From: Burkholderia sp. 4M9327F10
Lineage (GTDB): Bacteria > Pseudomonadota > Gammaproteobacteria > Burkholderiales > Burkholderiaceae
NCBI RefSeq assembly: GCF_005503145.1
Contig: NZ_SCNV01000033.1
Span: 1 to 32,000, forward strand
Reading direction: 5' to 3'
DNA: 32,000 bases
Shown here: positions 23,775-31,761 of the stretch, one piece after another
Position numbering within the stretch: the first letter of the stretch is position 1
Layout: each line of letters begins with the position of its first letter
Position numbers and translations under genes: made by a program
Notes under the pieces: generated by a model
Told to the model about the DNA's origin: nothing
Seen by the model: the letters and a program-made list of their open reading frames with translations, nothing else
Database searches by the model: none

Positions 23775-25004
23775 ATGGGATGGAAAGGTTCGATTTTTGA
23801 AGTGCCGGTCTGGGCGCTCGGCCGCCTGCTGCGCTCCGGTCGCGATCCGGCGCGCCAACCGCCGCATGAGATTCTGGTGCTGCGCCCCAACGACTTCGGC
23901 GATCTGCTGACGACCACGCCGATCTTCGAGGCGTTGCGCCGCCGCTTTCCCGCGAGCCGGATCATCGCCGGCGTTGGCAGCTGGGGGCGCGCGATTGTCG
24001 AAAACAATCCTTATGTCGACGAGATTGTCGAAGTCGACGCGCCGTGGAACAACAAGTTCGTGGCGGACCAGTCGTGGCGCAATGTGTTTCGCTATATCTG
24101 GGGGGCTGCCCAGGTCGAGGGGTTACGCAAGCGTGGCGGCTTCGACGTGGGCATCGATGTGCTGGGCAGTCACGTGGGCGCGTTGCTGATGATGCGGCTC
24201 CGTGTGCGCTACCGGGTTGGCGTGCGTGGCTATCGCGGCGGCTGGAGCGCCTGCGACCAGTACATCCGTTTCTCGCCGCAGGTGCATGTCGCACGGGCTG
24301 CGCTCGCCCAGGCCGAACTGCTTGGCGCAAGCGAGCTTCCCGAGGCGCGTCCGCAGCTTTACCTCACGGCGGCGGAACGTGCCGAGGCCTGCCAGATCTG
24401 GCGCGCGGGTGCGCACCCGGAACGTCCGCCGCTGCGCCTGCTGGTTGGCTGTGCAGCGGGGCACAGCGTCAAGACCTGGTCGAGCAACGCGCTCGGTGCG
24501 GCGCTCGGCGAGCTGGCGCGGGTCTGCGTCGAGCGGCAGCTGGATGTGGTGATCGTCGGGGGCCCGGCTGATCAGGTCCGCGCCAAAGAGGTGATTGCCG
24601 CGAGCGGGGCGGCGGCCAGGATTCGTTCGCTGGCGGGCCAGATCTCGCTGCGCGGCACCTTCGCGCTGACCGAGCAGGCGGACGTGGTGCTGACCAATCC
24701 GTCGATGCTGCTGCACGTGGCGGCGGCCTTTCGCCGTCCGACCGTCGCCGTGCTCGGCGGAACCTTCGCCGATGCCGCCGCGCACGATGCCGTGTGGGGC
24801 TATCCGCCTCCTTATATGAGCGTGGCGCCGTCGCAGCCTGCGCCGGGCGAGGAGCGCGGCAAGCGTGGCACGCAGGCGCAAGGCGGCTCCAGCTGGCCAT
24901 CGGTCGATCAGGTCGTGCAGGCCGTGTTGGCGGCGGCCCGTTGCGGGGCGGACAATGAGGCGTTCGCTCGAGAAGCCAGCCTGTCGGTATCGGGACTCGG
25001 CTGA
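23775..25004 (+). CDS. Glycosyltransferase family 9 (heptosyltransferase-like)
   Basis: AGGAG lies 8 nt upstream. ILVLRPNDFGDLLTTTPIFEALRRRFPASRIIAGVGSWGRAIVENNPYVDEIV is the typical GT9 N-terminus. Also LLVGCAAGHSVKTWS, VIVGGPADQ and LTNPSMLLHVAAAFRRPTVAVLG. Confidence 0.85.
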   Translation: MGWKGSIFEVPVWALGRLLRSGRDPARQPPHEILVLRPNDFGDLLTTTPIFEALRRRFPASRIIAGVGSWGRAIVENNPYVDEIVEVDAPWNNKFVADQSWRNVFRYIWGAAQVEGLRKRGGFDVGIDVLGSHVGALLMMRLRVRYRVGVRGYRGGWSACDQYIRFSPQVHVARAALAQAELLGASELPEARPQLYLTAAERAEACQIWRAGAHPERPPLRLLVGCAAGHSVKTWSSNALGAALGELARVCVERQLDVVIVGGPADQVRAKEVIAASGAAARIRSLAGQISLRGTFALTEQADVVLTNPSMLLHVAAAFRRPTVAVLGGTFADAAAHDAVWGYPPPYMSVAPSQPAPGEERGKRGTQAQGGSSWPSVDQVVQAVLAAARCGADNEAFAREASLSVSGLG

Positions 25005-25030
25005 ACAGTGCTTCGCCTGGTACGGATGGC

Positions 25031-25074
25031 GAGGCCCGCGCAACGAGCCGGCGCGGTGTGCCGGCGCGGGCCTC
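25031..25074. terminator. Strong GC-rich hairpin between the convergent GT9 and wzx genes
   Basis: GAGGCCCGCGC (25031-25041) pairs perfectly with GCGCGGGCCTC (25064-25074), and additional inner pairing is possible. A T-rich tract (TTATTT) follows on the + strand only. Confidence 0.6.
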
Positions 25075-25104
25075 AGTTAGTCCTTATTTAGCCTTTGCTC
25101 GGCT

Positions 25105-25137
25105 CTCAGTTTGCCCTCAATTCGCCCTCAGTTCGCC
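25105..25137. repeat. Three tandem 11-nt repeats: CTCAGTTTGCC / CTCAATTCGCC / CTCAGTTCGCC
   Basis: Read directly. A related copy, CTCAGTTAGTCC, lies at 25072-25083. The wzx stop codon (25128-25130) is inside the third unit. Confidence 0.8.
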
Positions 25138-26588
25138 TGCAGCGAGACCCGCGTCCAGAGCTTGTGCAGCAGTTCTCGCAACGCGCGCGACCGGTATAGC
25201 GACCAGCCCAGGTTGGCGCCGGCGAGCGCGAGTCCGGCAGCCACGATCAGCGGCAGCCCGCTGAGGTTGGCTGCCAGCATTAGCGCGGCCAGCAGGAACG
25301 CCAGGTGCGCGAGCATGTTGCCGAGAATGACCCGCACGTGAACACGCGCAAAGTAGAGATAGGCACCATAGTCGAACAAGGCTTTTGCCACCACGATGGC
25401 GCCGGCGCCCACCACGCCGAAGGCGTGCGTGGCGAACCAGAGCGCGGCGACGAACACCGGCAGTTGCAGCCAGCTCACCCGCGCGACGTAGGCCGGATTG
25501 GCCTGGGCCTGAATCAGGATGCCGAGAATCCCCGACTGGCCGGCTAGCCACACTCCCAGCACGAGAACGCGTCCAACCGGCGCCGAGGCGGCGGCAAGCG
25601 GTGCGCCGAGCCATAGCGTGAGAAACGGACCGAGTGCGAACAGGGCGACGATCATGCAGGGCGTGAACGCGCCGTTGAGAAAGGCGAGCGAATCGCGTGC
25701 AAGGGCATCGGCCTCGTTGCGCGAGGCGGCCGACAGGCGCGGAAACAGCGAGCGCAGCATCGCGCTCGGCAGCATGTTCAGCCGTTGCACGAGGTTTTGC
25801 GGCGTCGCGTAGTAGGTCACGAAGCGCGCCCCAAGGATCGCGCCGACCAGCACACGGTCGAGCGAGCCGGCAATCGCTCCGGCGCCCGAAAACAGCAGCA
25901 TCCACTTGCCATAGCCGAACAGCTCGCCGATGACCTTGCGCTCGGGCTTGCGAACCCGTTTGATGCCGAGGGCGCGAAACGTCGCGACGCCGAGCATCAC
26001 GCCGGCGATGAGGCGCGCGCACACCGCAGCGGGAATCACGACTGCGAGCGAGGCAGAGAAGCAATAGATCGCGGCGAGCGGCAGAAGCTGGAACAGCATC
26101 GTACCGAGCGTCTGGTTGGTGTTGTAGCTGGCAAAGCGCTCGACCGCCGTAATCGCGCCGGCGAATACCCAGGTGACGTTGGCAAGCGGCACGGCAATCG
26201 CAATCCATGGCAAGGCAGCCATCACTTCGCGCTGGAAGGCGGGCTCAATATGCACGCCGTAGGCCATGTAAAAGTACGCGCCGAAATAGACGAGTACGCC
26301 GCCCACGATGCCGGTGGCGAGATTGAGAAAGCACGCCCCCCAGAAAATCCGCTCGACCGAATCGTCCCCGGCGTCGCGCACCTTGGCGATCTGGTTTTCG
26401 GTGGCGAGGCTCGTGCCCAGATCGAGCAGGCTGAAATAGCCGATCAGCGCCCACACCAGGTTGATCACGCCGTAACGCTCCACCCCCAGCAGGTGGATGT
26501 AGGCCGGCACGGTCGCGAGCGAGACGAGGGTCGGCGCGATCAGCCCTGCGAAGTTGATGACGATATTCTTGAGAAGGGTCTTTTCCAT
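25128..26588 (-). CDS. wzx: MOP-family polysaccharide flippase (Wzx)
   Basis: The ATG at 26588 lies 1 nt after the upstream gene's stop. MEKTLLKNIVINFAGLIAPTLVSLATVPAYIHLLGVERYGVINLVWALIGYFSLLDLG is a typical Polysacc_synt N-terminus. About 12-14 TM segments. Confidence 0.88.
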   Translation of the reverse strand: MEKTLLKNIVINFAGLIAPTLVSLATVPAYIHLLGVERYGVINLVWALIGYFSLLDLGTSLATENQIAKVRDAGDDSVERIFWGACFLNLATGIVGGVLVYFGAYFYMAYGVHIEPAFQREVMAALPWIAIAVPLANVTWVFAGAITAVERFASYNTNQTLGTMLFQLLPLAAIYCFSASLAVVIPAAVCARLIAGVMLGVATFRALGIKRVRKPERKVIGELFGYGKWMLLFSGAGAIAGSLDRVLVGAILGARFVTYYATPQNLVQRLNMLPSAMLRSLFPRLSAASRNEADALARDSLAFLNGAFTPCMIVALFALGPFLTLWLGAPLAAASAPVGRVLVLGVWLAGQSGILGILIQAQANPAYVARVSWLQLPVFVAALWFATHAFGVVGAGAIVVAKALFDYGAYLYFARVHVRVILGNMLAHLAFLLAALMLAANLSGLPLIVAAGLALAGANLGWSLYRSRALRELLHKLWTRVSLQAN

Positions 26589-26589
26589 G

Positions 26590-28749
26590 TCACAGCAGGC
26601 CGGCAATGTCGTGCTCGAACAGGATGGCTCCCTGGGCGCTCACATGGTTGTCGTCTTCGTAGAGCGGCACGCCGTTCAGCACCGCGAGGCAGGTTGGGCC
26701 GTTGCAAAGCACGCGCATCGGATCGAGGATCTTCACGCCCGGCGTGTTCGCCTCGCGCGCGACGACGGCGCGATTGAACGCTTCGAGCGCGTGGGTCTCG
26801 GCCGCGGCCGGTTCGACGAGAGCGGGGTGGGTATACGCCCTCGGCAGCAAATAGCCCTTTAAGACCGGTGGATTCTGCACGATCACCACGCGCGGCGTAC
26901 TCTTCAGCAGCGCTGCGACGGTCGCCGGAAGCTGACTCGCGAGCGCGGCGCGCGAGCTGGCCTGGGTGGCGTCGCTGCTTGCATCGGTGGTCACGAAGTG
27001 GGTCGCCTTCTGCAATTGGCCGTCGCTGATCCAGCCGTCGCTATAGAGGCTCCAGCGCGCCACGAGGAACACCGCCGCCGGCTTCAGTTCGTGTATCGAG
27101 GCGACGATCGGCTCGGCGAGCCCGAGTCGCGCGCAGAATTCCCCGCTTTCCGCACCGTCGCTGCGGCGGGTGGCGAGCAGAGGCGGGCACCCGGGATGCG
27201 AGAACAGCATCAGCCGCAGGTGATGCTCGTAAGCGATTTTCGCAAACACCGGCAGCCAGGCGCCCGCATGCGAATCGCCCCAGACCACCAGCGGCGCTCC
27301 GCCGGCACTCGCGTTGTAGGCCTTGCAGAAAGTGTCGGCCTGCCGCGACGCGAGATGGCAAGGCTCGCCAATGTATCGATCACGGATCGAAGCGTCGAGC
27401 GCGGCCTGCGTGATGCCGGGGTTGTGCGCGACGGCGCGCGACGGCAGACCGTCGCGGTAATACAGGCTCGCCCCGAGCCCCGCGAGGGCGGCCAGTAGCG
27501 CGCACAAGGCGGGGATTTTCAGCGTGTCGTTTTTCCACCGGCGCAGCGGACGCTCGATCAACGTATAGGTCAGCGTGGCGAGTATCACGCTCGCCAGCAG
27601 CAACACTAGCTTGGTTCCGTTCGAGACGATGCCGGGGTCTACGATATTGGCGAATGACAACAGCGGCCAGTGCCACAGATAGAGCGGGTAGCTGATCAGG
27701 CCAATCGCGATGGCGAGGCGGTTGCCCAGCAGATGGCGGTTGAGCCATGCATGGGGCCCGGCGCCGATGATCAGAAACGCGCCGAGCGTAGGCAGCAGCG
27801 CGCGCCAGCCCGGGAATACATCGTTCTTGTCGAACAGCAGGAGCGCCGCGCCGATCAGTACGGCGCCGGCGACTGACCAGAGATTGCCGTGCCGGGGCAG
27901 ATAGTGCTGTTTGTGGAGGACGAGATAGGCGAGCGTGCCGCCGATCATCAGTTCCCAGACACGCGAGAACGGTGAATAAAACGCGGCGGTGGGATCGGCG
28001 TGAGCCGTCAGCAGGTTCACGGCAAACGAGGCCGCACCGATGATGCCCGTGAGCGCCAGAAAGCCCAGCCGCCGTTTCCACGCGAAGCCGACCAGCACGG
28101 GCCAGAAAATATAAAACTGCTCCTCGATACCGAGCGACCATAAATGCAGCAGCGGCTTGGTGGCGGCGGTGTTGTCGAAATAGCCGGATTCGCGCCACAG
28201 CGCGAGGTTCGCGATGAAGGTGGCGCCGGTGAAGACATGCTTGCCCAGTTGCTGATACTCGGTCGGCATCAGCGCGCCCCAGCCGAACACGAGGCAGGTG
28301 CCGAGCACCAGCGCGAGGGCCGGGAAAATCCGCTTGATACGCCGTGCGTAGAACAGGGCGTAGCTGAATTGACCTGCTTCCAGGCTTTCGAAAATGATCG
28401 AGCTGATCAGAAAGCCGGAGATCACAAAGAACAGATCGACGCCCACATAGCCGCCCGGTACGAGCGCAGGAAACGCGTGAAATCCCAGCACCGAGAGGAC
28501 CGCGACGGCGCGCAGGCCATCGACGTCGGGCCGGTATCCGGGGGCAGGCAGCGCAGGCAGTTGCATCGAGGCGCCCGTAGCGCCCGCGGCGAACGCGGCA
28601 TTGGCCGCGGGCGCGGGGCAGTCGGCGGCGGTGTCGCGCAAGCGTGCCGTGGCGGAGGAGGAGACGGCCGCGTGCCGGCCCTCGGCATTCGCGGACGATG
28701 CGCTGAGGTCCATCGACGGCAACGAAGCGCCCTTGCTTTTGAATAGCAT
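26590..28749 (-). CDS. Acyltransferase-3 membrane domain fused to a periplasmic SGNH domain (OafA/YrhL-like O-acetyltransferase)
   Basis: AT3 N-terminus YRPDVDGLRAVAVLSVLGFHAF...VDLFFVISGFLIS. SGNH block I VVWGDSHAGAW and block V YEDDNHVSAQGA. I place the start at the ATG at 28749, because the region downstream of it has high GC3. The ATG at 28566 is an alternative. Confidence 0.88.
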   Translation of the reverse strand: MLFKSKGASLPSMDLSASSANAEGRHAAVSSSATARLRDTAADCPAPAANAAFAAGATGASMQLPALPAPGYRPDVDGLRAVAVLSVLGFHAFPALVPGGYVGVDLFFVISGFLISSIIFESLEAGQFSYALFYARRIKRIFPALALVLGTCLVFGWGALMPTEYQQLGKHVFTGATFIANLALWRESGYFDNTAATKPLLHLWSLGIEEQFYIFWPVLVGFAWKRRLGFLALTGIIGAASFAVNLLTAHADPTAAFYSPFSRVWELMIGGTLAYLVLHKQHYLPRHGNLWSVAGAVLIGAALLLFDKNDVFPGWRALLPTLGAFLIIGAGPHAWLNRHLLGNRLAIAIGLISYPLYLWHWPLLSFANIVDPGIVSNGTKLVLLLASVILATLTYTLIERPLRRWKNDTLKIPALCALLAALAGLGASLYYRDGLPSRAVAHNPGITQAALDASIRDRYIGEPCHLASRQADTFCKAYNASAGGAPLVVWGDSHAGAWLPVFAKIAYEHHLRLMLFSHPGCPPLLATRRSDGAESGEFCARLGLAEPIVASIHELKPAAVFLVARWSLYSDGWISDGQLQKATHFVTTDASSDATQASSRAALASQLPATVAALLKSTPRVVIVQNPPVLKGYLLPRAYTHPALVEPAAAETHALEAFNRAVVAREANTPGVKILDPMRVLCNGPTCLAVLNGVPLYEDDNHVSAQGAILFEHDIAGLL

Positions 28750-29047
28750 GTCGGACTCGTGCTGTGCTGCTCTTGGGTCGCTGGTGTGCGTGAGGCACGG
28801 GCAGGCGCTCGCACAACCACGGGCTGGGTGATGGTCCCGATTGTGCAACGCGGCTGCCGTGCACAGTGTGGGCGGCCGTACAGATAGGCCGAGCCGCGTT
28901 TGATGTAATTCCGACAAATACCTGACAGACCCGATTTCGTACTCGCACATTCGCAGAGGCGAACTGCGGCGACGCCGATCCGACCGCGCCATGGACTCTC
29001 GTTCCCAGGCGCCTCGATCCGGTTACGCTCTCGCACAAGGACACAAA
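28750..29047. promoter_or_regulatory. Divergent intergenic region between the acyltransferase/wzx unit (-) and the hydrolase/methyltransferase unit (+)
   Basis: 298 bp with no credible ORF. Contains the inverted repeat TGTGCA-N12-TGCACA at 28842-28865. Confidence 0.45.
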
Positions 29048-30925
29048 ATGAAACCTGTCGTCTTCGACGGCTGTGTTGGCTGGCTTCATCCAGCCGAGGG
29101 GCAACATGGGGTGGTCCTGTGCAATCCGTTCGGCTATGACGCGCTTTGCACCCACCGCGGCTGGCGAGCGCTCGCGGAACGTCTCGCGGCAGCGGGCCTG
29201 CCGGTCTTGCGCTTCGACTATCCGGGCAGCGGCGACTCGCTCGGAGATGAAGAGGAGCCGGGCCGGGTGGCGGCGTGGCTCGACAGCATCGGCGCGGCGA
29301 TGCGCTTTCTGAGGCAGTCGGCCGGGGTGACCCGGGTGTCGCTATGCGGCTTGCGCCTGGGCGGCACGCTGGCGGCGCTCGCGGCGCAGCGTTCGGGTGA
29401 GGTGGACGCTCTGGTGCTGCTCTCGCCGGCGCTCTCGGGTAAGAACTATCTGCGCGAATTGCGGGCGCATCGGCAGAGCTGGCTGAGCACGCCTGCGGGT
29501 ATGAACGCCGAGCCGATTGCGGATTCTGCCGCGTATGTCGAAGCGTTCGGTTTTGGCCTGCATGGCGAGGACATTGCGCAACTTGGCTCGGTCGATCTAC
29601 GTGCGGACACTACCGCTCCTGCGCGCCGCGTGCTGATGCTCGCGGCGAACGATCAGAGCCGCGCCGCGGCACTGGTGGCGCACTACCGCGCGAACGGGGT
29701 ACAGGTCGAACAGCAAGGGTTCGACGAGGCCGACCGGTTTCTGCTCGAGGCCCTGTACAGCGAAGAGCCGGTACAGGCCTTTGCCGCGCTCACGCAGTGG
29801 CTGGCTGAGACGCCTGCGCCTGAGGCGGGCGCTGTTGCCGCAGTTCATGGCGATGCTTGTGCCGATGAATCGTCCACGGGGTCTTCCACCGAGTCTTCCA
29901 CTTTAAGGCTCGCAAGCGAACACGCGGTCGAACGTCCGATTGTCTTCGGCGCTTACTTCGGCATCTACTGTCAACCCGATGTCCCTTGCGAGGGGGCGCC
30001 TGCCGTGTTGTTCCTGAATACCGGTGCGAGCCACCATATCGGTGACGGACGGATCTTTGTGCTGTTCGCGCGCCGTCTCGCGGCGCAGGGGATCGCTTCG
30101 CTGCGCATGGACCTGGGCGGTCTCGGCGACAGCACGCCGCTCGCCCAGGCGGTGACGCTCGACACCATCTATTCGCAAGCCTCGTGTGCTGATGCGATGG
30201 CCGGCGCCGACTGGCTGGCCAGCAGCGGACACGAACGCATCGTCACCTTTGGGGTGTGCGGCGGCGCGTTTAACGGCCTGCATGCATGCGCGAATCATCC
30301 ACGTATCGCGGGCTGCTTCGGCGTGAACCTGCAGAAGTTCATCTGGGATGGCGCGGCGCGTACGCCGGGCACCGCAGGCCTCGCATCGAACCGTGTATTG
30401 CGGCGCTCGGCCATGAGTCTTGCCAAGTGGCTGCAGGTGTTGCGCGGCGAGTCGTCGCTATGGCGCGTGATACGCGGTCTCGCGCAACGGCTCGGCCGCA
30501 GCCTGTTCGTGCGCGCAGCCGATCTGCTCGAAGCAGGGCTCGGAATTTCCATTGCACCGAACGAGGCGAAACGTCTCTTGCAGCGCATCGATGCGAAGGG
30601 GGCGCAAGTGCGGCTCGTATTCGGCGAGTACGACCTTGGGCTCGACGAACTGAAGATCGAGTTCGGCGCGCAGTTGCGCGGGCTGCGCCGTTTTTCGCAG
30701 GTGCGCGCCACGACCTTGCCGAAGCTCGATCACGCGCTGTTCACGCGCGCGGCGCGCGAGGCGGCGATGACCGACGCGCAGCAGTGGCTATTCGAGTGCC
30801 TTGTCGCGGCGCCGGCGCCGCACGGCGAAGTGCCGCATCCGGCGCCGCTCAGTGTGGCGGTTTGCGCGGCCGTGCCGGATGGATCGGCTCTGTGTGCTGC
30901 CGGTCTCGATCAGGCGCGTCAATGA
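29048..30925 (+). CDS. Fusion of two alpha/beta-hydrolase-fold domains
   Basis: AAGGA lies 7 nt upstream of the ATG. N-half: GVVLCNPFGYDAL...LPVLRFDYPGSGDS...SLCGLRLGGTLAA. A Ser/Thr-rich linker (DESSTGSSTESST) follows. C-half: PAVLFLNTGASHHIGDGRIFV...LRMDLGGLGDS...VTFGVCGGAFNG...LPKLDHALF. Confidence 0.8.
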   Translation: MKPVVFDGCVGWLHPAEGQHGVVLCNPFGYDALCTHRGWRALAERLAAAGLPVLRFDYPGSGDSLGDEEEPGRVAAWLDSIGAAMRFLRQSAGVTRVSLCGLRLGGTLAALAAQRSGEVDALVLLSPALSGKNYLRELRAHRQSWLSTPAGMNAEPIADSAAYVEAFGFGLHGEDIAQLGSVDLRADTTAPARRVLMLAANDQSRAAALVAHYRANGVQVEQQGFDEADRFLLEALYSEEPVQAFAALTQWLAETPAPEAGAVAAVHGDACADESSTGSSTESSTLRLASEHAVERPIVFGAYFGIYCQPDVPCEGAPAVLFLNTGASHHIGDGRIFVLFARRLAAQGIASLRMDLGGLGDSTPLAQAVTLDTIYSQASCADAMAGADWLASSGHERIVTFGVCGGAFNGLHACANHPRIAGCFGVNLQKFIWDGAARTPGTAGLASNRVLRRSAMSLAKWLQVLRGESSLWRVIRGLAQRLGRSLFVRAADLLEAGLGISIAPNEAKRLLQRIDAKGAQVRLVFGEYDLGLDELKIEFGAQLRGLRRFSQVRATTLPKLDHALFTRAAREAAMTDAQQWLFECLVAAPAPHGEVPHPAPLSVAVCAAVPDGSALCAAGLDQARQ

Positions 30926-31761
30926 CCATGCCGGCGCCACTGCACCGGATTTACCAGCGTGCGTGGCAGTCGCATATCGCCTCGCGCGACTTCACGATCG
31001 AAAAGACCTGGATCGACCTTGGGCTCGCTGCGGCCTTCGATTGGGTAGCCGGCGAGTGCAGCGGGCAGCCTGTGCTTGAAATCGGTGTAGGCGCGGGACT
31101 CACCGTGCCGTTGATGACGCGGATCTCCGCCGACTACACCGGGATCGACTATTCGCCGCGCATGCTCGACGAGGCGCGGCAGCGCTTCCCGGGCCTCGAT
31201 CTGCGGCTGATGGATGCGCGCGACATGGCGGGGCTGGAGTCGGATCACTACGCGCTCGCGGCGTTCTGCTGGAACGGCATCGATTGTGTCAGCTACGAGG
31301 ACCGCCAGCGCGTGCTGGAGCAGATGTACCGGGTGACGCGGCCCGGCGGCCTCGTGCTGTTCTCGAGCCACAATCGCGACGGTCCGGCGTTTCGCGAAAG
31401 CATCTGGCAACTGCGGCCGCGTTTCTCGCGCAATCCCTTGCGCCTCGGCTGGCGCCTCGTGCGCATGCTGCGGCTGTTTCCGCCGGCGGCCTATCACTGC
31501 CTGCGGCATCTGCGCTGCCGCCGCGACTACGAGGGCTATTCGGTCAAGGCTGCTGCCGCCCATTTCTTTCGCATCATGATCGTCTATACGACACTGCCGG
31601 AGCAGCGGCGGCAACTGGCATCGTTCGGATTCCAGATTGATGCGGTGTTCGGCAGCGGCGACGGCAAGCGTATCTACGCCGAGACCAGGACGAGCGACGC
31701 ATGGTGGTTTTACTTTATTGCCCGCAAGCCGGTGCATCACTTTATTCTGGCGGACAAATGA
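30922..31761 (+). CDS. Class I SAM-dependent methyltransferase
   Basis: ATGA overlap with the hydrolase stop at 30922-30925. Motif I is VLEIGVGAGLTVPLM, followed by IDYSPRMLDEARQRF, LMDARDM and RPGGLVLFSSHN. Confidence 0.85.
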   Translation: MTMPAPLHRIYQRAWQSHIASRDFTIEKTWIDLGLAAAFDWVAGECSGQPVLEIGVGAGLTVPLMTRISADYTGIDYSPRMLDEARQRFPGLDLRLMDARDMAGLESDHYALAAFCWNGIDCVSYEDRQRVLEQMYRVTRPGGLVLFSSHNRDGPAFRESIWQLRPRFSRNPLRLGWRLVRMLRLFPPAAYHCLRHLRCRRDYEGYSVKAAAAHFFRIMIVYTTLPEQRRQLASFGFQIDAVFGSGDGKRIYAETRTSDAWWFYFIARKPVHHFILADK

